NCBI RefSeq assembly: GCF_963921235.1
Contig: NC_086108.1
Span: 28,646,001-28,710,000, forward strand
DNA: 64,000 nt
DNA from: Mobula hypostoma
Taxonomy: Eukaryota
Direction: 5' to 3'
The notes under the pieces were generated by a model. It saw nothing but the letters and a program-made list of their open reading frames with translations, was not told where the DNA came from and made no database searches. Positions 49,330 to 61,977 of this stretch are shown here, in pieces; within the stretch, counting starts at the first letter, position 1; every line of letters starts with the position of its first letter. The translations under genes and the position numbers were made by a program.

Positions 49330-50376
49330 ATTTAACAAAACAACCCTACTACTGCCAATCAACCTCTCTTTAAAAACAATGGTTATTACCAGAGTACTAA
49401 AGTTGACCTCAGATCTAAGAGTTTGACAAGAAACAATGCATGATGGAATAACAAAAATGTCCAGTTGTATCTGAGTAGTGAAGACAGATTTATGCTGGGT
49501 TAGCGCTTTCCATTCTGCCTCTGTTCTGAAGAAATATTTCAATCACATCCCCCACCAACCCCCAATTCCCACTGCTGGCTAACATTACCTGACAAACTAT
49601 CTCTATATTCTCATCCTCCAACTTTGCAGCCCTACCCTGAGCCATCAATAGTGACTCTCTCAGAATAATACAGCACTGATTGAGATTTTCCAATTCATTC
49701 TTAAGACTTGCTATGGTTTTATACTGACGTCTTACAATTGCTGCAAACAGCCAGAAAGCATCCCACTGGCTATCCTTTCTCCTGGGAAAACCCAACAATT
49801 TGTATGGAAACAATGTGATGTCCCATTTGAACTTTGGCAAAATGTAACTGGTCTGTCCAATCAGCCAGCATTCCATAACCCACCAGTAGGTTAGCAAGAC
49901 TTCCAAAGCCTTCACTATTATCTGTCCGCCCTGGGACCCTGTATCTCTCATATGAGGGTCACTGTTTTCACATAACCTTTCAAAGAACTCCATTTCTGCT
50001 CAAAAAGCCAGACCCTGCTCGCTCAGAGCACCAAAATGTAATGTTGAATCAGGTTTGTGGGTCGGGCAAGTGCTAAGAAGTATATGAATCCTTTATTTAC
50101 AAGCAGTAAAAATTCAACCAAACATTCATGTTCCCCAAATTACAGACACTACAAAGCTGAACATTCAACAAACATACTTATTTAAAAGCATGCGCACAGC
50201 ATACTTTCCCAATGGTTATGTGCACTGCTTGCCTTAAACAAAGGAAGACAGAAAGAACCTTCCACACACGCTCCCTATACACCAAGATATTGGAAACTGG
50301 ACCCAGGCAGTTAACCAATGGGAAAAGCCACTGCAGTTTCTAAACTAACCAATCACAACAGAAGTGACTTTTGACA
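49330..50376 (-). mobile_element. 5' part of an LTR retroelement: LTR (about 50037-50376), PBS (50012-50033), gag-like ORF (49490-49993)
   Basis: Minus strand: AATAAA near 50095, LTR end ...ttaCA, then tttTGGTGCtctgAGCGAGCAGGGT, then ATG about 20 nt later. Confidence 0.6.
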
Positions 50377-50409
50377 TAGAATAAGCCATGGACACATCTC
50401 TACTGTAGT

Positions 50410-51390
50410 GTCTGGATCTGCCCTGAGAGCTTCTCCAGGAATGTCATCTGGACCAGATTCTTTACCATTTTTTGCAGCTTTATTGCTTTCCTGTTTGCCT
50501 CTCTGATAGGCTTGTCACAGTTAATAGGCAGGTGGAGGGATGTCAGGTGGGTTTAGAGATTTGGGTCTGTTCAGCAGATCTTCAAAGTTTTCAGCCTACC
50601 TATTCAGCTGCTGCTCTGTTCCTGCCCTTCCCTTTCCATCCTTGTCCTTGATTGGCCCTCAAGATTACTGTACTTGCCGATTCTAGGTGTTGTCGTACAG
50701 CTTCCTCATGTTGTTACACCTCGTTGCTTGACCTGCTTTGTCTGCCAGGCCATCTATATAACTATGCTTGTCTGCTTTATTGCTTTTCTTCACTGTCCTC
50801 TGAGCCATTACATTCTCTTCCTGTGCTTGCGCCTTTCCCACTCTAGTCCTGCTGATATTCATGACTGCTTTCTGCTGCCTCCTCACCTCAATCTTGTGTA
50901 TCATTTCAGCTGAGATCCATTCTTCCTGTTGTTCTTTTTGCCAGCTAGTACCTCTTGCCATGTTAAGACCAGCCTCCCCCTAACCTTCTGCCATTTGTTG
51001 TGTAGATCCTCTTCCTCAGGCAGTTGCTGTAGCATTTGGAACTTCTTGTCGAGGACCAATTTAAATATTTCTTGAGATTGCATGTTACGCACAAGGTCAA
51101 TGTTGAATCTCTACCTTGTTGATGCTGATTCCATCCAATTCTTCTTTGTCTGAGCTTCACAAAGGTGTAGTCAGATGCGACAACTGCTCCTCTTCTCACT
51201 CTGACATCTTGAAGTGATCGCTTGAATTTCTTGAATATATAGATGTGGCCTGTTTGGTTCTCTGTTATGTGGTCAGGTGACACCCACGTGATCTTGTATA
51301 TTCTTTTGTGGAGGAAGATGCTGCCTCTGATGACCAGGTTATTCAGTGTGCACATGTCAGCAAAGTGTCCTCCATTCTCAGTCCACATGT
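50410..51390 (-). mobile_element. RTE-clade LINE fragment (endonuclease C-terminus and linker)
   Basis: ENGGHFADMC..NNLVI..KITWVSPDHITENQ..SLQDVRVRRGA..ASD. Confidence 0.85.
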
Positions 51391-51888
51391 TCCTTAGTTT
51401 TTCTTGCTGTAATTAATTTCCTATTTATATCTAATATGCTATCATTATAATATTTTACTAGAGAATAACATATTCTGCTTTTAAAAAAGCTGCTTTCTTT
51501 GTAATTTTCATTTGGGATGCATGTTTATAAAGAAATTAATGTCATTTCAATACATTAGCCAACTGCCAGATTCAGCAAAAACCAGTACACAACTCATGAA
51601 GGAAGCTCCTCGAAGATGGTATTTTTAAAAAAAGCAACACCAAGTTTACCACCTTGTAACACAGTACAATACCAAAAGTCAGTAGAATGTGACAAAGAAA
51701 AGCAAAGAACTCAATAATTCTTTTTAAAAAAGCAGGTCTTCACAGAAATTGGACCAACATCACATTCCCTTTCCCACACTGCCAAATATCTCCCCTCTCT
51801 CCTAATGCTGCTGGATCCTTGCTATAGTATGATTCCTTCAGTGCTATGTATGTTCAAATGAGGACTGTCTATATTTAGTACAGGCAAT

Positions 51889-53235
51889 CAATGTTCCCTC
51901 TAATTTTTAGTAGTCAGTGTGCACAAAAATCTTATGTTGTGCAATTTTTTTTCCTGTGACAAAAGTATGTGCACACTGAATGCACACGTCACAGTTTATA
52001 TAGGTTTACAAAATATTTGACATAAAACTGCACAGAATAACAACAAAATAACATACATATTTAAGTCACTTAGTTACTTTTCCTCTCTCCTATCTTTGGT
52101 ATTTCCCCATTCTTTGTAAACTCTATCTAGAGTAATAGAACTTCCATCTAATTGATAGCTTTCGATTCTTATTAACATATCCAAATGACATTCACCTCAA
52201 CAGTTTCTCAGCTTGTTTTTGAGTTGATTCATTAGGCTAAAACCTCGCTCACAGTCTGCAATAGATGCAAGAAAGATTCCCCCAATGTCCATCAACTGTG
52301 CAAGGTCACAAAACTGTTCATTTTGAAGTACAAATGCCACCATTTGAGCAAAGTTTGAAATCAGTTTGGATTTAATTTTTTCTTGCACGGAAAACTTGAA
52401 ATCATGAAACTGTCTAACTATTACAGTATTTTCAGTTAGAAAATTATGATATTTTAGACATAAGGCATTAACTTGTTCATCGCCAAATGTGAAGTCACAA
52501 TCTGCAATTGCGCAGAAATCAAAAGCTGACCATTCTTGTACCTCATTTTCAGGAAACCTTTCTTCTAAATGAACACAAAGACTATTTATAAAAGTCAACA
52601 GCGAACTTGTTATCTACTGTGACGTTTTCTTCACGTTGTTGGCTTAGGACAATTTTAACTTTGTCACTCCTGAAACATTGTCTCCCAGATACTGCTTTCT
52701 TATCTTGTTAATTTTGCCTCGCGCAAAATGAAGTGGATCAATCGGTGTCAGGCCACTCTTTCGCAGAATCTTGCACAGTGCAGCCAGTTCATCAAAGGCA
52801 GCACTTAAAACCTGCAAAGCCACTTCATATGTGATGTTTATCAATTTCTTGTGACAGTATTTAGCCACAGGGTCATTTGACTGATCTTTTTCAATAAAAA
52901 CTTAGTAAGTTATCTACAGGATTTGAAACAGATCTTTGTAAACTTTACGATATGAACACTATCTGCCAAAGAGGGCTGCCGCCGTGATGCAGCTGTACAA
53001 ACTGGAACAGGAAAGGTGAGGTGACATAAATTAGTGACATGCATTGTGGTATTTGAAAAACTGACTAACTAGTTAACAGAAACATTTAGCTAAAAAATTA
53101 TTTTCAATACATATAATTACTAATTACTACATTATTTTAGGTAACTAACCTTTTGTGCACACATTAATTTCCTCTGTGCGCTGGGTGAAAAACTTGTATG
53201 TGCATACATATACGCACAGCTTAGAGGGAACATAG
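51889..53235 (-). mobile_element. hAT transposon deletion derivative (ZNF862-like transposase C-terminus)
   Basis: TIRs caatgttccctctaa / ttagagggaacatag; 8-bp TSD caggcaat/ctggcaat; ADCERGFSLMNQLKNKLRN dimerisation motif. Confidence 0.88.
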
Positions 53236-54444
53236 CTGGCAATCCATCTTCCCATTAGGAGCCTCTCACCAGAGCCTAAACTTTGTACATTCTTTTTCAG
53301 CTGGGCAGTACTCAGGATTGGCATAAAGTTCTGTTTTCTGCAGCATTTGCTCAATAAACTTACAGGTTTAAACATGCATGGGAATGCCCCTGAAATAATG
53401 GCTCAGTTAAGAGTTTAAAATTCTATTTCTTACCACATGCATAACTGAAGCTTTAAAATACTATGTCAGGATTTGAATACATTAGTCCACAACGAACTTG
53501 AAAGGACTTGAATCAGAAACAGAGCAACAGCATGGTTAATAGGTAATTAATGGATTAAGCTGTTATTTCAAAACCTGGTTCATTTCAGCACTGTATTTCC
53601 ATTATATGGAAAGACTACAAAAACTGAAATTGTTAACCCTAATGTTAGTCAGACATCACAGATTTCAGACATAAAAAAGTTTTTTTAAGAATGAGCAACA
53701 ACTACTTCCAAAATTAGGTGGATGGCAGCAGAAAACACAGATTTAAAATACAGGGAGAAATGTTGTTCTGTTCTGGAAAGCATTAGCTGAAAGGGTTGTG
53801 TTTGGAATCTGATACAAAGGCAAAGTGCAAGATTTGAAAATAGAAAATTTACAAAGATATAGGAAAGGTAGGGAATCAGACCAATGAATAAATATTTCAA
53901 AGAACTAGCACAGGCATAATGGGCCACTTTTCCTTCGCATTATATTATTCAATGATCAGCACAGGCTATTCATGCCACAACCATTATCTGTAATAACCAA
54001 ATGTCTTCAAGATGCAATTCAAATCTAGAAAGGCAAAACTTTAACGCTAGTTGTTTTCTGTCCTTCAGCTGGATTTAATGCAGAAAAACTGTACAGCTCT
54101 GCTTAAAAAATTTGTTTTGTTCGTTTTGAATATTTAACATTAATTTTGTACTGAATTAAACAGACTCCATTTAGTAATTAGTCAATCACGCATAGGTCTC
54201 AGCCTCAGATCTATAAAGTATGAGATGCTAAGATCAGCAAAATAAAAATCAAATAATCAATTGTTCAAGTTACTCAAGGCCAGTATATAATGGTAAATCC
54301 TCTAAGCCAGGGTTTCTCAATGGGGGTTCCGAGAGGTTGTGATTAAAAAATATAAAGACCTTTTTTTGAACTTTGCGCACGATGCTAATGCTCGCAGCGA
54401 TGGGCAGTGACCGAGCAGTCCCATTAGCAATCTCATTAGAGGTC

Positions 54445-54547
54445 TCAGCCCAGTATGGCAGTGCACAGTAAGACCATGTTTAGTTGATCGAGTCTGTCAG
54501 CCCAGTATGGCAGTGCACAGTAAGACTGTGTTTAGTTGATTGAGTCT
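54445..54547. repeat. 52-bp tandem duplication in the hAT subterminal region
   Basis: tcagcccagtatggcagtgcacagtaagac..gtttagttgat.gagtct occurs twice. Confidence 0.9.
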
Positions 54548-56363
54548 ATTCTCAGTCTTTGACTGGGAGACGGGGAGGCCATGGATAATTGGTGAGCGCT
54601 GTATTGCACAGAGGGGAGGACGGTAGGCTGATGAGGAGCGTGAATTGCATTTTCCAAGTATTGAATAGACTCACCCACCTTGGGCTGTGATGTCAGCCTC
54701 TCCCTCCTGAGTTACTTCCCCCAGCTTCCCCTCACACTACAGTGACTGACTTATGGGAGCGATCAAACTCTACCGGTGTAGTAGAAAATCGGAGGGAAAT
54801 TTCATTCTAAAGAAAGAATTTTTACATGTTGCGACTCAACTGCTGGCCTACCACTTTACTATTGTCGTTAATGTTGCAAAACGTGGATTGTGTAAGTTAG
54901 AAGTGAATTGTATTATGAAATTTTTGTATCATTTGCAGCTATCTCATTTACTTATTTATTATGCCAACTCCAGCAAAATTGAAAAGACACACAACTATAA
55001 ATCAGAGCTATATGACACATAAAAGTGCTGATTATTTTAAACAGCTATTGGAATCTCAAAACAAACAGGATAAAGCTTTTGTTAATAACATCACGGTCAG
55101 TAAAAAGATTCAGGAAGCAAGTTATTTAGTAGCAGAACTTATTACCCAGAAAAGAAAAACTCACACAGTTGGTACCTAATAATGCCAGCATGTAAAATTA
55201 TAGTGGGTAAAATGCTAGGACAAGATGCAGTACAAGAAATTGTAAAGGTTTCACTCTCAAACAAATTGGTAAAACGACATATTGATGTCATGTCACATGA
55301 TGCTGAAGAGGATTTGTGCGAAACAACAGCTTCTCTATCCAGGTTGCTAAGTCAATAGATTTCACCAATAAATGTTATGTTGTAGCATTTGCAAGATTTG
55401 TAAATGATGGTGAAATTCAGGAATATGTTTTCTGTTGCAAAGAGCTGCCAAAGCAAGCAAAGGCCAAGATATATGTAATGTTTTGACTTCATATCTGGGA
55501 AAAAAAAGGGTCGATCTTGGAGGAATTGTGTTGGCATCGGTACTGATGGTGCCCCATCAATGGTTGGCTCCATGAGAGGTTTTGTTTCTCCTGTTAAAAA
55601 AAGGAAAATCACAACACACTGCTTTCTTCAGAGAGGTGCTAATTATCAAAAACTCTTGGAGATTAAATGAAAAAAAGTTCTGAATGATGCTACAAAAATG
55701 GTTAACTTTATTAAAGGCCAGTTCACTCGAGAATGTTTAAAAAACTGTGAAAACCTGGACAAAGAGCACACCAATCTCCTGCTAATACAGAAATCCAGTG
55801 GCTTAGCTGAGGAAGAGTTCTCAACAGTGCGTTTGAGCTGAAAGATGAATTGCAGGAGTACTTTCAAGAAAGTAGTAGACCAGGTTTTGCTGAGTGCTTT
55901 GAGGATGAAAAATGGCTGCAGAAACTAGCCTACTTACAGGACATTTTTCACCATATGAACCAGTTGAGCAAGTCTCTGCAAGGCCCTGGAGAAAATGTGT
56001 TGACTTCAGGTGACAAGGTTCTTGGATTTAAAAAGAAATTGCATCTTTAAAAAAATCATGTTGAGAAAGGAAATCTTGAAATGCTTCCACTGCTGCTTGG
56101 GCTTGACAGTGAGGAAGGATATCAAAAAGTCTTGAGTTTTATTGAAAACCACCTGGAAGAACTGCAGAACAAAATTGGACAGTATTTTTCCTCCCTTTCA
56201 ACATGTGTATGACTGGGTGAGGGACACTTTCTCTGAATCTTTTGCTCAGCCTGAGAACTTGACTGTGAGAGAAGAAGAACAACTTTGTGAACTGCAGTCT
56301 GATTGTGCACTCAAGATGAGATTTATTGACCTGTCCCTGGAAAGGTTCTGGATTTCTGTAAAA

Positions 56364-57142
56364 TCACAGAAACATAGAAAATGTACAGCACAATACAGGC
56401 CCTTCAGCCCACAAAGTTGTGTCGAACATGTCCCTACCTTAGAAATTACTAGGCTTACCCATAGCCCTCTATTTTTCTAAGCTCCGTGTAACTATCCAGA
56501 AGTCTCTTAAAAGGCCCTATCGTATCTGCCTTCACCACCGTTGCCGGCAGCCCATTCCACGCACTCAACACTCGCTGCGTAAAAAACTTACCCCTGACAT
56601 CTCCTCTGTACCTACTCCACAGCACCTTAAACCTGTGTCCTCTTGTGGCAACCATTTCAGCCCTGGGAAAATGCCTCTGACTATCCACATGATCAATGCC
56701 TCTCATCATCTTATATACCTCCATCAGGTCACCTCTCATCTTCCGTCGCTCCAAGGAGAAAAGGCTGAGTTCACTCAACCTATTCTCATAAGGCATGCTC
56801 CCCAATCCAGGCAACATCCTTGTAAATCTCCTCTGCACCCTTTCTATGGCTTTCACATCCTTCCTGTAGTGAGGCGACCAGAACTGAGCACAGTACTCCA
56901 AGTGGAGTCTGACCAGGGTCCTATATAGCTGCAACATTACCTCTCGGCTCCTAATTTCAATTCCACGATTGATGAAAGCCAATACACCATATGCCTTCTT
57001 AACCACAGTCAACCTGCACAGCAGCTTTGAGTGTCCTATGGACTCGGACCCCAAGATCCCTCTGATCCTCCACACTGCCAAGAGTCTTACCATTAGTACT
57101 ATATTCTGCCATCATATTTGACCTACCAAAATGAACCACTTC
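56364..57142 (-). mobile_element. CR1 LINE 3' fragment nested in the Buster transposase
   Basis: 212-aa ORF2 C-terminus (HLEYCAQFWSPHYRKD); splits the FWISVK|EEFP junction of the transposase. Confidence 0.93.
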
Positions 57143-57998
57143 AAAAGAAGAGTTTCCTGCCATTCATAGAAAAGCAATGAATATTTTGCTGCAGTTTTCA
57201 ATTTCTTATATTTGTGAGCAAGCTTTTTCTTGTTTAACAAGCATGAAGAACAAGGATAGAAATCATCTCATTTCAGCTGGTGAAATCCATGTGCTTATCT
57301 CAAGTTTGACCCAGAACTGAATATTTGTGCATGCTAGTCCTATATTTGAACCTGATCTTGTCACTTAGTAAGACAATGATTTTTCAAAGTCTTGTATAAA
57401 ATTGTCTTAGGCTATATTTTTATTCATATTGCTTTGGTTTATGGTATTTAGTAACTTTACTTTTCAACATTGTCAATAAATTTTCATGTTGTAAATAGTA
57501 TTAATCAAAATCAATTTACAACCTTTATTTAAATTAAATCTACCAAGCTGATCTTTAGAAAAATTAAATCCCATTTTGGCTTAAGCCAGATATTTAACAG
57601 AAATTTATTACACTTGCCTCATGAGTTTTTAAAATTTATGAAAGGGAAAGAAAGAGATTAAATTCAAGAAAGGTAAGCTAAGCTTAACGACCTGTTTTTC
57701 AAGAAAGGTTGTCTAAAAATCCATACTGTACTCAAAACAGCATTGACAATTAGTTTTGGATTATTATATCTACAACTTTCTGATCACTAATGTACTGTAA
57801 GCTGTAGATATAATAATTTTACGCAGGGGCTCCCTGAGACCTCAAAATTATTTCCAGGATTCCTGCAGGGCAAAAATATTGAGAAAGGCTGCTCTAAGCA
57901 ATTAACAAAAATGGAATTTTAATAAATGACAGTTTCACTTTTTTATAGTAGGACTGGCAGTCACCATAATCTTCATTTTAGGATGGCTGCGAGGTATA

Positions 57999-58941
57999 CA
58001 GTAGATTCCGGTTAATTGATCCATCGCTTATTTGGGATAATTCTTAAAGTACAAAAACAAATCGGGGAAATATCCAAGATTCCCATCATTTATTTGGGAC
58101 AAATTGCTGCTTAATTGAGGCAGGAGATAAGTGCTGAACATTCTCTATACTAGCAATCAGTCGCTTGCACATCATATGACTCCTAGATACCATGTACAGA
58201 GCAAACAGTTTTTAAATAGTGTCACATGTGTTTGTGTTCAAAAAAAGTGATTTTTGACACTCATAGTAGGCAAATAATAAGCAGTAAGAGAATTCAAAAC
58301 TATATTGCTCACTGTAGTTTCAAGTATTCAGGCTTGGAGATGCCAGAAATAGCCGGAAATAAAAATGAAACAATTTCACTACTTCAACAAGCTAAAAACT
58401 ACAAAGAATTTGAAGGTATCGACAATCATCTTGAATATTTCAATTAAAATGAAGATTGGAGCTTGCATCATCAAAAGCACTGTTTGAGAGCAGCCCACTA
58501 ACCGTACTGGGTATCTGCGCTGATTTTATTCATTTACAAACAGAAGAACACCTCAGCGTTCACTGAATGAATTCCTCTGTCAATAACTATTAGGAACTAC
58601 GATATGTCGACTGTACTTCTTCCTATAAATGCTGCCTGGCCTGCTGCGTTCACCAGCATTTTTTGTGTGTGTTGCTTTAATTTCCAGCATCTGCAGATTT
58701 CCTCGTGTTTGCGATTAGGAACTAAAACACAGTTTTATAGTACCCTAGTAGTTTTGGTAGTGTTCTAATTTATTGTGTATTTCACTTAAATACATAATTT
58801 GTTACTCAGTTAAATGATAGTTCACTTTTTTTTTTAATACCTTTTTAACTACTTTCATGAAGACTCAGCTAACTGGAGCAGCCACTTAATTGAGCCAAAA
58901 TGTTCTGGCCCCAATGTGTCCCAATTAACTGCAATCTATTG
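57999..58941 (+). mobile_element. Non-autonomous Tigger/pogo-like element
   Basis: TA|cagtagattccggttaattg ... caattaactgcaatctattg TIRs; homologous to 8880-10588. Confidence 0.75.
58600..58713 (+). mobile_element. Short PLE terminal insertion
   Basis: 11-bp TSD attaggaacta; starts at a decayed cgaaacgtcgact and ends ctcgtgtttgcg. Confidence 0.85.
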
Positions 58942-59751
58942 TGTTCCCAAATTAAATAGCAAGCATGCTCTGCCTAAGACCTTTAAGGGGAAAAAGGGCT
59001 CATTAAATTAGTGGAGTTCTCTTTAACACTCTCATTAGTTAGAAGATGATATCTGTATTTGGTACTTGGAGCCAATTTCCATCTACTCTTATTTTTAACA
59101 AGCAATAAAGCTGTTAATTGTGTTTAAATGCATTAACGCCACTACAAAAAAATTGCACTTAAAAATCCACTTTTTAAGTTATTGCGCATGCAGAAACTTT
59201 AGTGTAAGAAGGAACATGCAGAGCAACTTGAACCTAACTGATCAAAACCTTGCATTGGTGACAAATGCATCTGCACTCCTCAGCACTACCCTGTAAAACT
59301 GTCAACTTCTGAATTCTGCACACGTTCAAAAATGTGAACTCACTTTCCATGACATATTGCCCTTCCAGTGTGCTATCCCAATCTTTACAGATGCACTCAG
59401 TGCCAAACAGATGAACTAATTTAAACTGCAACATTTGTTACTCAATTCTCACTATAAATTCCAAGTAAGAAGTCGCTTGTGTTCATTTAACGTTTAAATT
59501 ATATGTTAAGCCTGAACAACCGCAGACTGTTTTCAACTACGTACATACTTGTTTTCACAGATCACTTTATAATGAATCAACTTTAAATCTAAAAGGTGTC
59601 AAACATTTATTTAGTACTTCAGTTTCCACCTGAAGTTTATGTTCCAATCAGTAGGGATTCTCAAGGGGTAATCCCTATTCACATTTGTCATGGCCGAGGA
59701 TTGATCCCCACTCACACCCATTCTGGTCACAGGTAATCCAAATTCACACTT

Positions 59752-59943
59752 AAAAGTTGCTGGTGAACGCAGCAGGCCAGGCAGCATCTCTAGGAAGAGG
59801 TATAGTCGACGTCAGGAGGAAGGGTCTCGGCCCGAAACGTCAACTGTGCCTCTTCCTAGAGATGCTGCCTAGCCTGCTGTGTTCACCAGCAACTTTTATG
59901 TGTTGCTTGAAATTCCAGCATCTGGAGATTTCCTTGTGTTTGT
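59752..59943 (+). mobile_element. Fold-back PLE insertion
   Basis: 13-bp TSD caaattcacactt; about 60-bp inverted arms around a partial hammerhead. Confidence 0.88.
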
Positions 59944-60399
59944 CAAATTCACACTTGTCTGGCGGTGGGAGTGGCAAAAGGGACAAGGAAGAAATCAGCC
60001 ACCAGTCACACATCTCCAGGGCATTGGTCCTGAGAAGTTAGTGGTAACTGCTCTGGGGTGGGGAGCATGCGTGCCTCTTCTGGGGTGATTGGGGGTGGGG
60101 GAGTATTCACTATTTGCATCTGTGCAGGCTACATATTCACATCTATTTCTGATAAGAGTCCTCTGTACACATCTGCTTTGGGGAGTGACATTCCCCTGTG
60201 CATACTTGTCCTGGTAGGTGAGAGTATGACTGTCCATATACAGCTGCCGTAGATGGAGGGGTTCTCTGCTCAAGGTGTTGGTCCCTGATAACCCCTGTCC
60301 CAGTGTTGGTGCGGATTTTTGTGGGGGTTTGAGGGTTTGGCAGGAACTGGTGTTTTTTTTTGGGGGGGGGACAGGGGTATATTTGAGGGTGGGCTTTAC

Positions 60400-60588
60400 C
60401 TGTTTGAACCTGCTGTATAGGTAGAGCAGCTTTTCTCGGTTCACCACGTGTGCGAGCTTGATCACGTGCTCGGCCGCTTCCTCGAACTCAGCGCGCAGCG
60501 CGCTCCCGTCCTCCTCCTCCTCTTCTTCCTCTGGCTCTCCCACGGCCACGCGCGGCCGCTCCTCACTAACACTGCCCGCCGCCGCCAT
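60400..60588 (-). CDS. ACBD6: ACBD6 coding exon 1 (acidic N-terminus and start of acyl-CoA-binding domain)
   Basis: MAAAGSVSEERP...EFEEAAEHV...REKLLYLYSRFKQ, with the ACB-domain LYxxxKQ motif; 189 nt, ends at CAG|GTAAAG donor; GC/CpG-rich context. Confidence 0.95.
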
Positions 60589-60790
60589 CCTCTCGTGTCC
60601 TGTCGTTGCCGCCCAGTATCCAACCAGAAACCAGCCGCTTCACTAGTCGGCTAGTGGCTGGTTACCTCACTAACTACCAACACCGGGAGGCCGCTAACGA
60701 TCCAGCTCCATCAACCATCCGGATGGAGCCCGTGTTCCTGTATGAAGGTTCCGCTTGTGCAGCCCTAACCCCTACCCCGGGGCCGATCTA
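60589..60790 (-). promoter_or_regulatory. ACBD6 5'UTR/promoter, CpG-island-like
   Basis: CpG-dense non-repeat DNA directly upstream of the ATG; no clear TATA box; TSS cannot be fixed from sequence. Confidence 0.65.
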
Positions 60791-60959
60791 TCAAATTTTC
60801 AAACAGTCCATCTTGTGTGGAAGTAGTTAACTCTACTTTCATTCTTATTCTCACTATAATTTCACTTTTTCTGTTACCCAGAGACTGGATAGGCTGTGAC
60901 TAGTCAGATCCTGCTATAGTTTAACACTACCATTCTTATTTATCTCATCCACAACAGCG

Positions 60960-61260
60960 AAGAACCATCAAATCATGAGAGGCATAAATAGGGTGAATGC
61001 AAACAGTCTTTTTCTCCAGGGTAGAAAATCTAAAATTAGATGGTGTAAGTTTAAGGTGAGAGGGGAAAGATTTAAAAAGGACGTGAGAGACAAGTTTGTC
61101 AGAGTGTGGTGATTATGTGGAAGGAGCTGCCAGAGGAAGTGGCCGAGTCAGGAACAGTTACATTTAAAGTACATTTGTACAGGTGCATGAACAGAAGGTT
61201 CATCTTATGGGCAAAATGCAGGCAAATTGGACTACCTCAAGTAGGCAATTTAGTTGGCCT
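60960..61260 (+). mobile_element. Old CR1 3' fragment
   Basis: aaaatcatgagaggcata-like start, tttaaggtgagagggg and gagctgccagaggaagtg as in the other CR1 copies. Confidence 0.65.
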
Positions 61261-61977
61261 ACTGAATAACTAAAACTTTAGGAATCCTGTTGGTTAGATG
61301 GCTTAACCAGGAAAGTGCATTAGTTTATTAGTTGCATCATTTTCACTCTTAATTACCACACCTTGTTTTGAATAATATTATGACCTTTAATGCACTTGAC
61401 TTCACTGCAGGATCAAAGCACATTTTTTCATTTAACTTACAGGCAGACCCCCCCCCCCAACTCTGTTAGATCACAGACATGTCAAAGAAGGAACAGAGTG
61501 TTTTGCTATCAATGCTTACCAACTTAGTATTTTTATTGCCCACTGAATTCTTCCTATAACTATCTGATGGCCATTTTCTTGCATCATAGATCAAGTTGTT
61601 TCAATTCTGATTGAGACACTGAGTTATACAGCATGGAAGCAGGTAATTCTGCCCATCAGTTTACAGTGGCCAGTGACCTGCCATCCGTATTAATCCGCAG
61701 CACTTGGCCCATTATCTTCTATGTCTAAGTGGTTTAATGCCCAACTAGACGCTTTTTAAACGTTTTGAAAATGTTCTTCATATACTCAGAAAGTTGTCAA
61801 CTTTTTCACTTCAAGCATCTGGAGCACAGTACACTACAAGAAAAGACAAACATAACCTAAACTTAAATTAACATCAACTTTACATAATTTACACATGTAG
61901 GTCTTTTAAAATAACAGGTACTTGATCGGAAAAGGGTGACTCCTTCCTGAGGAATTCAAGAACATCCCAAAAACATG

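Larger units (their letters stand above)
54308..57891 (+). mobile_element. hAT Buster/Charlie-family transposon, decayed transposase
   Basis: Perfect 8-bp TSD ctcTAagc; TIRs cagggtttctcaa / ttgagaaaggctg; PAKLKRH, ASYLVAELI, TDGAPSMVG, WLQKLAYLQDIF, YICEQAFS. Confidence 0.92.

Noticed and set aside
56635..56928. Recurrent antisense ORFs (also 62157-62450 and 3575-3832)
   Set aside because: Shadow frames of CR1 ORF2; their similarity reflects repeat copies
3660..57142. Apparent strand bias (most CR1/Rex1 copies sense, both L1 copies antisense to ACBD6)
   Set aside because: Too few copies to be meaningful
59995..60399. C-terminal 134 aa of the 197-aa ORF
   Set aside because: Read-through past the CAG|GTAAAG donor into intron 1; ACBD6 similarity stops at KQ and resumes in exon 2
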